From Anthoceros angustus (Eukaryota; Plantae; Anthocerotophyta): DNA of 64,000 nucleotides. The position numbers and the translations under genes were made by a program. Where the stretch lies: the NCBI GenBank assembly GCA_010909165.1, contig MU008158.1, forward strand, positions 246,581 to 310,580. Reading direction: 5' to 3'. The notes beneath the pieces are model-generated. The model was not told the DNA's origin. It saw nothing but the letters and a program-made list of their open reading frames with translations, and did no database searches. How positions within the stretch are numbered: the first letter of the stretch is position 1; every line of letters begins with the position of its first letter. Positions 32,888 through 45,221 of the stretch are shown here, piece by piece.

Positions 32888-34719
32888 CGTCGTGAATGCC
32901 TCTTGCCGCTAGCGAGCACTGGCACAAATTTATTTCCTCCTCATGGACCTGAAGAAACAAGAGAGGGTGTGAGGAAACAAGCAGGGAATGAAGGGAGCTT
33001 GCTTGAAACCAATCCCTGCTAGTGCAGGCCAAAGTATCAGGACACAGACCTCATGAACCACAAGCTACGCAACTTCAATCCGCTGGCGCTCTCAAGAACC
33101 GGTTTCCAGACCGCCAGATGGCCCACAGATGGAGTTGTCGCCCGGCAATTTCCGAGAGAGTCGAATGCAGGAATCCGTTGGAGCTAGAATTAATTTATGG
33201 CCAGAGAGCGCTCCTGGCAGGCTGTGACTGGCACCGTGCAGCATCGAAAACAGTAGATGTCGAAATCACACAGCAACTGCACCTCAGCTTTGCACGCTTC
33301 CTGACCTCCGATTCCCCCACGGGCTTGCCCTCGCTTGAAGCCAAAGGTTGTGCGGGAAGGCTTCACAGCTCCATCGCCTTGAATAGGGTGAAAGCGCCGA
33401 CCTAAGGTCAACTCAGACATGTAGATAGGCGCTCCAGAGCCACTCTGGAATGCCAGAGTATCACCACATTTCTAGGCTGATACGTCGGGCATTGCCTTGA
33501 GCCGTTTCCGGCGTACAAGCCAGAGTACTCTGTAACCATCGCCCTAAGACGAAGGGGCAGCAGATTTAAGCTGTTAAAAACCTCGCAAAACCCTGCCGGA
33601 TGTGTTGCAAATGGCATTTCCATGCTCCGGATGCATCAGACATTGATCCTGGCAAAGTGCATATCCTTGACTTGAGGCTTGGAGACCGCATGACGGGACC
33701 TAATCAGAGCGAGATTGCAGGTCCCACACGGTGCGTACCTCGGGAACGTGCCTGCGCGTGCCAGGCTTCTGTTAGCCATAAGACAGCATCCGGTCAACAA
33801 ACGCCGTGCTGCTGCAGAGCTCTGCTGCTCCCTAAGCAAAGCTTGTCCATACACGCTCCCATCCGTGCCAGACAGCCTCCCCATCTAATAATGTAAACGA
33901 TCGGTGGAGCTGAGTACTGGACCAACCGCCAGATATTCTCCCCTCTGGCCGCCGCTCCACCCTGCTGCATACCCCATGATATGTCAATCTGACATCGTGA
34001 CACCCCATGGTTCCTGTTGGAACGAGTTTTTATAATCTCCGGTGCAGCACCAGGCAAAGCGCCTTCGATCCACAACCGCAGTGCCGTGAAGCAATGGCGC
34101 GCAGCTGATCAATAATCGATGCAACTTGCGCGGATTCGAACAGCTTGCAAGCCGAACTGCTCCTTGTTGCATTTACTATGGAAATACGCTTCCTCCGATT
34201 CCGATCTAGTAGCTCACCAATTGCAGTGGCCATTCATCCGTCATTCCAGGCTTCAGCAGCTGCAGGCAACACGTCTGCCAAGTCCAATGCACGAACTTCG
34301 CTTGTCACAAGAACACAGTAAGGAAGATCAATAGCTGGAGCAGACTAGTGAACTGCATATGCCCCTTTTGTAAAGGGCAAAAACATCATTGCCACTTTTA
34401 GGTTTTGCTCAATCAGTCGAATTCGAGCCGCTTTTTGGCGAGACGGAATCGAAGGCAATTAAATAGGTGTACGGTGCAGTATCCGAAGATGATTCCAGAC
34501 AGAAAAGTTTGTGTTTGTTCGCTGAGCTAAGAGCAGGGCGGAGTCGGACCATAGCGGTCGCATGTGTCTTGGAAGCAGCTAAGCCCGTACCTGGTCCTGA
34601 CTCTCGTAGTTAGAAATATAAATAATTAGGATTATAGAGTTGCCGAGATAGGAAGTCCCATCTACCTACACGAAGGCGTTGGGAAAAACGAGGGCGGGTT
34701 TTGATTTTATGTAAGTACA

Positions 34720-37300
34720 TATAGGCCAAATGGACACACACTTATAGGAACGTGGTTGTTAAGTATATGCGATTCGATGGGTACTTAGATAGGGTGTTTA
34801 GAGGTAGATGGGGTGTTTAGAGGTAGATGGGGTGTTTAGAGGAAATGGACGCCCTTTGGTGCTAGAGGAAATGGACGCCCTTTGGTGCTAGAGCAAATGG
34901 ACGCCCTTTGGTGCTAGAAGCTTAGGCACACCATGGTACAACTACCAAGTCCCATGATAGGAAGTATTTATATAGTGGACTTTAGGTTCTAGAATGAGGA
35001 AAATTGAGTACTTTGTATGCATCTCCTCTCCCTCTATATCTTTGTTGTATTAGTTGTCATATGAATGGATTGTTCCAATTTTTATGCATCACATTAATGT
35101 TGACAAAAAGCTAAAATTAAATCTCCTAAAATTATGTTAATTGTCTCCCATTTAAATGGGAGAAAGGACAACTAGTTTTAAGAGGAAAGGATGTTAGAAT
35201 AAGTAGGTTTTGGGGTTTAGTGATAATTGTGCTTATTGTCATGTACAGGCCTGTGTATGCGTGTAAGTACCACATTAGTATATAGGCTCTCCAACCTATA
35301 TAAGGGTCCTTAAAACTATGTGCGTGAGATCTGATCCAACTGGTGCACTTTGCTGAGTATCTTGTATGTTGTTGCCAGCTTGACCAGGCAAGGCAAGGCG
35401 GGGCATAGCGCGCGCGGCTTTTGATGCCCATGTGCTATCTTGGCCTCCACTAGTCATGTCTCGATAAGAAGCGGCCTTGCGGGCGGATGGTGATGGCTCT
35501 AGTGGCCTTTATCAAGTCTGCCCTTGTATTTTTGGGTGACGGACAACAGTCTGTTGTGGTGGTTTAGTGCTTCACCACCATGCCAAGGTACGCAAACTTC
35601 ATGCTTTGCTAGGATTGGATGGAGGATCCCAATCACAGGCTCTAGATCCAGTGCGTAGTGGCTCCGACATACGATTTAGGGTTATCTTAAGGGCCCTCAT
35701 TGTGAGAAGAGTAACACCACTTCCAAAGATAAAGAAAAGATTCCTACCAAAGTGGGACAGTTGCAGTACAAATGGATTCAACAAAGACCTAGTCATATAT
35801 CCCAAGGTAGTAGATGAGAAACGGTTGCCCAACATCTTGTTTAACTCTTGACATTCACCAATAACAATGAAGCCCTGCCACCCAATATCATATTGCAGCT
35901 TCCAAACTGCATGCTTAAACACAATTTTAAGATCACTGAAATCATAACATCGTGACATAATAAAATGCCCAATCAGCTTCTCAACAAAATCATCAAACAC
36001 GTCCCATATAAATGGATACTCTGTCTGGAAGAAAAGCCATTTAGATTGGAACAATTTGAACGGACCTCCTTCAAAGCTTTATACAGATGAAGCCTGGCAA
36101 TCAATGCAGTACCAATGCAACTCGAAAGCGCATACTGTCCAATCTCAGCTTCATTGTTAGGATACAATTTAAGCAGAGACTCTCCTATAATGATCACATC
36201 CTTGGATTCAAGGTACCTCCTCCACCTCTTCCAACAAAATATAAACAAGGTTTCTGTAGATCAAGTTCGTTAAAGTACAAGTCTTACCACATTCACTTAC
36301 TCCTAAGAACAAATAGGCACATCTTTTCTTCTCCAATTTTGTGAAAAATTGTTGGGAAAAAGATCATCCCACAATAAGCTTGGAGTTACCCCATCTACGG
36401 TGCATACCAGATTATTTTTAGATAACGGAAAAGTCTTCATAAAGGTAGTATCATGGTTATCAGGGAGGGTGTTTGAAGGTAAAGCATTATATTATAATGC
36501 TAGTAACAGGAGCCCTTCAAAACTCCTGTATATGATCTTCCAAAACTTGGACACCCAAACTGCCTAGCTCCTGGCGAGGGTGCTCTGCAAACTGCTTATA
36601 TCGATAATCCTATCGTCCCTTTCTGGACCTATGCCTCTTCCTCCTAGACCTCTCCCTTTCGTCTTCTGAGCTCTTGCTCTCACTCTCCTCATGCTTCTGC
36701 CTTCTCCGCTTCTCCAAACTCGGATCCTTATCTTTTTCCTTTCTAGACTTCCTTCCATGTCGTCTTTTCTTTGCTTCCCTCTCATGCCTCTTTCCCGACC
36801 TCTTACTCTTGCTCTTACTTCTACTCCTGCTTCGACTTGGTTTAAGACTCTTGCTCCGACTCCTGCCCTCACGTCTTCGCTTGCTCACCAACTTCATAGA
36901 AGAAAATGATGTGGATCTCCGCCTAGTGCTTTCACCCCTCTTGCATCTTTCAAGATGCATATGGCATCCCCCTCACCTCCATGCCTATCCTTAACCCTAT
37001 TGCTCCTGCTTTTCACAGATCTATGGTCCTCCTTGTGCCAACCAGTTTTGCTCTTCATAGATCTACGGTCCTTCTCGTCCCTCGTCCCCTCCTCCCCCGT
37101 ACTGAGTCAGAACTATAGCTTGAAATCTTTTCAACAGACAAGAAATCCTTCTTTCTCGTCAAGCCTAGCTACTTCTGTAGCGACATCGATAGGACACCCC
37201 TGCTTGCACCAGCCATATTCACAAGTTCACTACATCACTAGCCAGAGCAGATGATTGAGCTTGAGGTGGGGACGCCTACTCAATGAGGTTCACCAAAGAA
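34720..37300 (-). mobile_element. Degenerate repetitive element: shared repeat, short tandem repeats and a broken minus-strand ORF with an Arg/Ser/Lys-rich region
   Basis: Inverted copy of the 7155-7330 repeat; 19-bp and 28-bp tandem repeats at 34790-34920; fragmented ORFs from 35599 to 36960 with stops and frameshifts. Confidence 0.4.
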
Positions 37301-38007
37301 AGAAAGCCCGCTACTTAGCACCTCTGGGTTCAAAGATGACAATACACGTTGAAGTGACTGAACAAATGAAATCCAATTGAAACACGGCTAACCTGATTGG
37401 TGCTGATCAATGAGGTACAGCTGAGAGATGGTAAGCCCATCAACAAACCACACTACTACAAATGTGTATACCAAGAGCACAATGGAGGCAAGAGTAGTTG
37501 CCAAAGCACTCCACAACGTTTGCAAGTGACCATTTTCGGGCTTTATATGAAACTTGTTGCTCTCAGCCGACATGTATGGAAAACACAAAAATGCACAAGA
37601 GGGTCATCACGAGCTATAGAGATATCTAGGCTCATTGAAAGCCAGCATTAGCACAAGCCCAAATGGTAGGAACAACACATTGTTGAGCAACACCATAGAA
37701 AATTCATCCACCTTGCCAGAAAAGTGTCGCAAGCCTTGTTGAATCCATTACCTTATGCAGTATCAGGTGCAAGTAATGTTCCCCAGAGAGAGAGCAAGCA
37801 TCAGAGCATTAACCAAAGTGTGTAGGAGAATAGTGTTGGAGGTACATATGTGCTTGACTGGAAGTTCACCGAGCTTGTTGGCGTTACTGAGTAGGCTACT
37901 ATGAAGAAACAATTAAATACTTGCCAAGTGTAGCTTACACCATCGAAAGCCAAATCTACCACGCCTCATGCACTGATTGCTGGTATCACCTACCATCAAA
38001 CAGAAGT

Positions 38008-38547
38008 ACTATTACTTCTTTTCTTGCAATCATAAAAATAAAACGGGCAACAACAACTAATAATCCGTTACTTCTTTTCTTGCAATCATAAAAATAAAAC
38101 GGGCAACAACAACTAATAATCCTCCAAAAGCACACATAACAACAGGCACGGGGCACCCCACACTCTAGTGCTGTGATGGTTTTCTAAAATATTTACAAAA
38201 AAACATACATACGAAGCCCCCGTATTTTTAATTAACTCGTTCGCTTTTTTACAACATACAAAACGTCTTTGAGTTTTGTACGCGTGCATGCTAGTGGCAT
38301 GACAACTCAGCGCACTTGCATCTCTTTGCTCATATTATCGTGTGCAGCATGAGATTTTAGGTTATTCTCTTCAAAATTAGTTTAAGGGTTTATAGTATAT
38401 AAAATAAATAAATATATGCAAATGAAACGACATTTAAATATTTGCACCATGAGATTTTAGGTTATTCTCTTCAAAATTAGTTTAAGGGTTTATAGTATAT
38501 AAAATAAATAAATATATGCAAATGAAACGACATTTAAATATTTGCAC
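38008..38547 (+). repeat. Two near-perfect tandem duplications (~58 bp at 38008-38122; ~99 bp at 38348-38547)
   Basis: TTACTTCTTTTCTTGCAATCATAAAA...CAACTAATAATCC twice; CATGAGATTTTAGGTTATTC...ATTTGCAC twice. Confidence 0.85.
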
Positions 38548-39139
38548 AATCTACGAAACGACGTTTATGTCTCTGCACATTCTATTAATTTTACGTACCC
38601 CGTAGCTAGTTAAACGTGTATATATAAGGAGGACTTAACATTACAATAGAATTAAACTATTATATATTGAAGGACTTTGCAATGTCTTCAGTCCAATGAA
38701 GCTTTATTCTCTATCGTAAGCAAAATATCATATATATATATTTGCTCGAACTATATTTATTTAGCTAATCAATCAGCTATAAACATATGTTTCTTCAAAT
38801 ATTGCTTTTGTCCAGATTCAGTTTCATGTGTCCCCATACTCCTAGTAGAAAAAAATTCAATATGCTTATTTTTAAAAAAATATTCAATATCTCAAATTCT
38901 ATAAAAGAAACCCTGAGACCCAGTATTTCATTTGGTCAGTGAGAAGTCAGATGGTTTCCGAGAATTTTTTCCCCATCAAATAGGTCCTTGCCGGTGGTCC
39001 TGTGTCTGGATTTGTATAAGTGAAGACAAGCCTACTTGACAGGCCCTCCTTGCCGTTGTCTCGTCCAGCTCCACTGTGCTTGAATTTTCAGCGGCAATAC
39101 ATGACATCAGGTGTGGAGCTGGGAGCCCTGGATCCTGAC

Positions 39140-42100
39140 ATGTCTACGTCGGAGGATGACTCCGATTATGAGCCGCCACCTCTCGATCTTGGGGGACCCC
39201 TGTTTGCTTTGCCAATAAGAGGTGATCCGATGTCTCATTTTTATGGCTCCAGGGCGTATGAGCAAGCTGGAGCTCAAGGTCCTGATGAGGATGACTCCGG
39301 TGAAAGGAAATCCGCCTTGAAAAAGCGGAGAGACGCCGAGGAGGCGGAGCTGCTGGGTGCTTTGGACTGGCTTGATTTCCAGGAAGGTAAGTTGGGTTTC
39401 TATGGCTGTAATAGGAGGATGGTGGGAGGCGTCTAGACAATTTCCCATGGTTTCTGCAATGGCTTTTGGCAGGCTTGTCATCGAGAGGAATGGCAGGCGT
39501 GTCCGGAGCCCAGCTACCGAATCAGAGGAGACCCAACGCTGGTGGTGGTGCACTGAACAGGCAGGTCGGAGGGACTCGAAGCAGTTTGCAGCCACGCGCT
39601 AATCAGCATCAAAAATTCAGCACCCATATTCATACCGGACCCTTGGAAGTAAGTTTGAATAGCCCCAGAGGTTTCCTTGTGGGCCTTCAGTCTCGTCTTG
39701 CAGGTGTCTTCCTTCAGTCTCGTCTTGCAGGTGTCTTTTATTGCGAGTTGTGTGGTTTTGTATTTTGCTGCTTCGGTGCGTGCCGACTGTTGAGCGAAGC
39801 AGGTTCCTGTGCGTGATGTTCCTGTTGTGCACCTGATGCTCTTCCTCAAACTTGGTGAGATTGTGGAGAGCCGTGTGAGCGTAGTCTTGTTTTTGATCGG
39901 ACTGGGGTGTGGGTGTGTTTTGAATTTGAAGCAGGTGATTGTTGAGTAACAGCAGCTGTGTTTCTCCAGGAATGGGAGGGCCCGGCCGCAGTTAATATGT
40001 CTAACTCCGTGACAACAACTGTCCGAGATACTGTTCGGCGACAGGCACAAGGTATCGTGAGAGTGCATGAGAAGGCTGACCGAGCAACTCATGATCAGGT
40101 CTGTGTTAATGCAGTCTTTTCTTGTGCTGACTCTTTGTTCTCTGCTTATTTCTCAATGATGAAACTGTACCCTGTTATGTGCGATGTTCTGTCTGTCCAG
40201 TTTGTCATGTATCTCACAGAAACGTGTGTGGTTCATTCCAGGTTTTGGACCCACGTACTGCTATGATACTTCACAAGATGTTCAATGCTGGACACATCGA
40301 TAAAATCCATGGTTGCATCTCAACAGGCAAGGAGGTAAGTTTTCTTGGAGGCATACTGCCAACCCCCCGCTTCTTCAAATGATTCATGGAAGCCTCTTCA
40401 GGAATGTGGCTCCTTTTTGTCTGAACCCTTTTTTACTTGTAGTTGGCTTCTGCTTTCCTGTGAAACAGGCAAGCGTTTTCTATGCCACGGATCCATCCGG
40501 AAACGAGCTAGCTGTCAAGATTTACAAAACGTCCATTCTTGTGTTTAGGTGAAATTTTGCAGCACAGCTGTCTAATAGCTGAAGTAGAAATATGTTGCAC
40601 ACGTGTTTTCCAGCTCACATCGTTTGCAGATAGCTCTTCAGGTTGTTTGGTCCTTCTCAAAAAGTACTTATGATTTGCAAACAGGGATCGTGCGCGGTAT
40701 GTTGATGGAGACAAACGTTTTAGAAATACCAGTAGACACAACCCCAGGAAAATGGTGAAAACTTGGGCGGAGAAGGAAATGAGAAATCTGTTGAGGTATG
40801 AACTCAGCAGTGCCTGGCTGCTAATTTGCTGTGTTCTTCGGAGAGCGCTAACTTGCTGCGTCCTTGGTTACAGGCTGACAACAGCTGGGATACGGTGTCC
40901 GGCTCCATTGCATCTTCGGTCTCATGTATTAGTGATGAGATTCATTGGTAAAGCTCACCCACTAGTCACTCACTAGTCATTGTACTTAGGCTCTCTGGCA
41001 GGGGCAGAAACAATGGCCTGGGAAGCTTGTGGTTGACCTGCTTTATGAATGTGTCAAGTGGGGCCGTGCAGGAAACCAAGGCTGGGCAGCCCCAAAGTTG
41101 AAGGATGCCGTGCTGACCAATTCGAAATTGTATGAATGCTACTTTGAGGTACAGCCAAGGATGCTCAAGCACGCTTTCTTTATCATGCTGTTTCAGATTT
41201 ACTGCTAGTATTTGTATTGGATCCCTCTGGATGTGGCCCCATTAACTTGTATGCCTTGTGTTTGGCTAACTGCAGCTGGTACTCACGATGCGGACCATGT
41301 ACCAGAAGTGCCGGCTTGTGCATGCTGACCTTAGCGAATACAACTTATTGTACTTTGAGGTGAGCTCTCGGGGTGGATTTGGTGAAAACCTCTGTGGGTA
41401 AGTTTTGGATAAGAATGCCACCATGGTTTCATCTCGGAGTGTGTCATGAAGACACGAGCTGAACATGGAATTCTGTCTTGTCTTTGGACAGGGTCATATC
41501 TGCATGATCGATGTCTCCCAATCTGTGGAGTTGGATCATCCACTTGCACTGGACTTTCTGAGGGAGGACTGTTTGCATGTCACGGTTAGTTTTTGTCTTG
41601 AGCCACAATGATCTCTCTAGTTCCAGTGGCAGTGAAGCTCATTTCAGTCAACCCTATTTGAGGGAAGCTCACCCACATTGCTGCATGACCAGAACTTTTT
41701 CAAAAAGGCTGGGGTTGCAGCAATGAGTGTGAGAGAGCTATTCGACTTCGTGAGCAATCGATCAATTGAGGAGCATGAGGTTGAAGCATATCTTGAACAG
41801 GTGTGTATGTGAACTGTTGGAAGTGGAAAGGGCACTTGTAGCAATGTACTGTCACAACGAGCTGACTTCACACGGTTCTCGTCTAGTGACTTTATCCTTT
41901 ATCCGGAACAGGTACTGGCAGGTGTCCAAGACAAGTCTGATGAGGCCACGGCTGAAGAGGCAGTGAATGAAGCAGTGTTCGTGCAGGTATATGAATAGCA
42001 AGTGTACCATGTCGCTGTTCGCCAGTTTACGACGTGCTGAGTCTTGGAGTTGATTCTGAAGCTTTGTGAAATCTGATTCTTCTGGCGGGTTGTGAATGGC

Positions 42101-42561
42101 AGTCTTTCATCCCTCGGAACTTGGAGCAAGTGATAGACTACGAAAGGGATTGTAACATGATTACAAGTGGGCAGGCCCCAGGTGGTATTTATTATGAGAC
42201 TATCAACAATCTCCTTTCTAGAGCGGGAGATGACAGTGGGGCCGACGACGAGCAGAGTACAGAGACACAGGTGCACAGGTCCTCTGAGATAGGTGCAGAG
42301 GACGAAGAGAAGAAGGTAGACAGGGTTGCTGCTGAAAGCTCAGATGAGGAATGTGATTCACCTACTTCCTCGAGCGATGAAGACGGCGAAGACGTAGGTC
42401 CTGGGCTGAAATTATCCAAGGAAGATGTCAGGCAGGCGAGGAAAGAGCATAAAAAGCAGGTGAAGGCTGACAAGCGAGAGGCTCGCAAGAAAAAAGTGCC
42501 CAAAGCACTGAAGCAGAGGAGCAAGAAAGTAGCTGCTGCCAGAAAAACAGGAAAACGTTGA
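39140..42561 (+). CDS. RIO1: RIO1 serine/threonine kinase (40S ribosome maturation), about 13 exons; start could be at 39101
   Basis: [79 protein letters not shown], and a Lys-rich C-terminus ([22 protein letters not shown]). Confidence 0.95.
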
Positions 42562-43083
42562 GTTTGTGATCATGGTGGTCAACACAAGGCCTTCAACTGT
42601 ATGTTCAGTCCTCGCCTGCGAAAGTGCTTCAGGAGCTGAAAGTTGATGCAATGGAATGATCGTCACCTGGAAGTCCTAAAATGTACCGGCTAGGCAACAA
42701 ATGACATGCCAACTTATTTGCTAGCATCCAATGGACGAGGATGTAAAAGTACAGAACAAGAGTACACCACACGTTTCCCTAGTGCGTAAGATCCCATCGA
42801 TGAAGACAAAGCCGACGTCTATCGGATGATTCTATGATCCCAACATTAAGGCAAAGTTAACATCAAGTCTACCAAAGAATGGCTGAGTGTGGCAGGTAAT
42901 GGCTTTTGCCCATTCTCCCATGAGTTTAGCTTCAGACAAATCCCACCCGCTCAAAATGTGGAGACAAACCGTCGTATGCAGACATCCTGTCCACATGGAT
43001 TTTCACAGTTTAAGCCTCTACACAAACCAGTTTTTGCAAAAAGTAAGAGCATCGGAGGAATGGATTATACATTGCTTACAAGG

Positions 43084-45221
43084 CTAGAGGTCTCCGAAAG
43101 GGACAGATATTAGAGGAAGCCACACATTGCCTTGAATAAAATTGGACACGCTGTAGGCTTTCACCTGAGCCTTAGTCAGCTGGCGAGACCATGGCACCCT
43201 GGCAGACAAGTTCCGAGCCCCCGGCCCATAACTTGCAAACTCCCCGTAGAACAGAGTGTCGAGCGCAAACGTGCCATCCCAAGGAAGCCATCCTTGCGGT
43301 TGTATCATGGACTCAATCTGGGTCCTGCTCAGAATAGTCCGAGAGTAGAGTTTCCAAGGTCTCCCCAACCAGCCCTTGAAGTGGGTTGGGTTGGCATAGA
43401 ACCCCTGCATGTAGTCAATAGTGCCGTTTATACTACAGTTCTGGAACACATACCCGGTGTTCTGGGCAGGGTCAGTGCGCCCTTGTGCCGTTATAGTACA
43501 GGTCCCCACCTGAGGATCCCCTGGCCTGCACTTGAGGTCGCACTTCTGAAACACCGAAGCGGAGTTGCCAAAAATGTAGTCAATCGTCCCCACCACAAGG
43601 CAGTGAGTGAAGAATTGACGCAACGTGTGCGTGTAAAGGGTATCTTGGAATCCCACGAAAGAGCAGTTCTGAAGCGCAGCCAAGTCACTGTCCAGCCTCA
43701 ACGCCACTGCCTGGTGGTTTGCAAATCCAGCGGTGTTCTGAAACGTGACCCCATAGGCCAAAAACCCATCTGCATTCACAGCTGCGGGACACAATGCAAC
43801 ACAACATTTCCAATCAGCACCCGTCACACTAACATTGAAGCAAGGAACGGAACCCAACACCCGCCCGCTTACCAACAGTGGCCGAGTTGTACGTAGTCAC
43901 ATTCGGCATCATCACATTCTTGTTGTTGGTGATGATAGTCTTGTTCATCCCGTCTCCGAGGAACATGAGATTGGTCCGGTTGCTGGGCACGACCACAGTC
44001 TCCACATAAGTCCCGTTCTTGATATAAATCACCCATCTGGAGGCGCTGTTGGCAGGGGCTGCGTTCACGGCGTCTTGAACCGTCCTGAACTGGCCCGTCA
44101 AATCATGAGCAACCGTCACCGACGGCACCACGCTCCCCAGCGGCGCCGCCTGCAGCAGCCGCCGGTCTCCCTTGCTGAGCCAGTGCGGGTACCCATCGCC
44201 GTCCAGATCCAGCAGCCTCCTCTTCCACCCATTCCCGACAGGCATCAGCCGGGAGTCGGTTTCCGGCAGGTCGCCATACCGGCTCCGAACCGACTCCAAC
44301 GCCGCGGTGCTGTACCCCCCTCCGTCCGGACCGTCCAGCCCGTCGCCCCGGTCCGAGCCGGGCGGGCGCCACAGGCCCGGGTCCGGCCCGAAGCTGGCCA
44401 GCGCGCGCGTCATTGAGACCGAGTTGCTCAGCATGGTGATGGTGTCGTTGGCCTGCCTAACCATGGTCAGGTTCTGGTACGTGTCCGTCACCGGGGGCTT
44501 GCTCAGCGCGTTCCAGCAGTCGGTCTGCCACGTCAAAACGGCGCTGCGCAACGGAACGGGAACGGGAACGGGAACGGAAAAGGCCCGGTTTGCAAGTTAA
44601 CACCAAAGCTAATACTAGCAATTTTAACCGGAACGATTGGAGCCACAGGTCAACCAACTAACCTGAGCCAGTGCACCAGGACCTCGGGGTCCTGGTCGTC
44701 CCACGAGGCGGTGACGGTCGCCAGTCGGGCGACCGCCATATCCAGCACCTCGGCGCAGTCGGCGGCCACCGCGGACACGTTGTTGTTCGGGGCCCGAGGC
44801 AGCAGCCAGCGCGAGCTGTCCAGAGTGACGGCCACGCCAGCGCGCGCCTGGTCCACCGACACCAGCACCAGAAACTCCGCTGGGCCACCGCCGCTGGACC
44901 GTGGGTCGCCGTTCAGCGACGACCGGCACAGACCGGGTAGCGGGTCGCCTGGCACACCAGCGTGATGTTGGTACCGGGCCCGACTCCCAGCATCTTCCGG
45001 TCAGGCCGGTCAATCAGGCGCGGCAGCAACACGCCCAGCGCGGCAGCGACCCCGCCGATGACAGCCAGTACCAGAACCGCAAGCCCATACCGCGCGACGC
45101 GCGATCGAGCGCGCGGTCTCGGTGCTGCTCCTCCCTTGTCCGTCGCGGTTGCGGCTTCCTCCGGCTCGTGCTGGCCGTCGTCCGAGCTCACCGACGCCGC
45201 CTTGTTCGCACTCCGCCCCAT
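43084..45221 (-). CDS. PME: Type I pectin methylesterase with N-terminal TM anchor and PMEI pro-domain; exons 45221-44663, 44543-43873, 43781-43084; apparent 1-bp frameshift at ~44933
   Basis: CQATRYP/LCRSSL, DCAEVL and WLSAVLTWQTDC (PMEI); RRLL processing motifs; catalytic-domain motifs IYIKNGTY, QAVAL, QDTL, DYIFG, AQGR, LGRPWK, YGEF..YGPGA. Confidence 0.9.

Noticed and set aside
30885-33032. 715-aa single-exon reading of the multicopper oxidase
   Set aside because: It reads through two introns by chance; the true signal-peptide exon is in another frame (32887-32690).
38140-38170. Helitron-like 3' end (GCACGGGGCACCCC...CTAGT)
   Set aside because: The hairpin is weak and no 5' end or Rep/helicase remnant could be tied to it.
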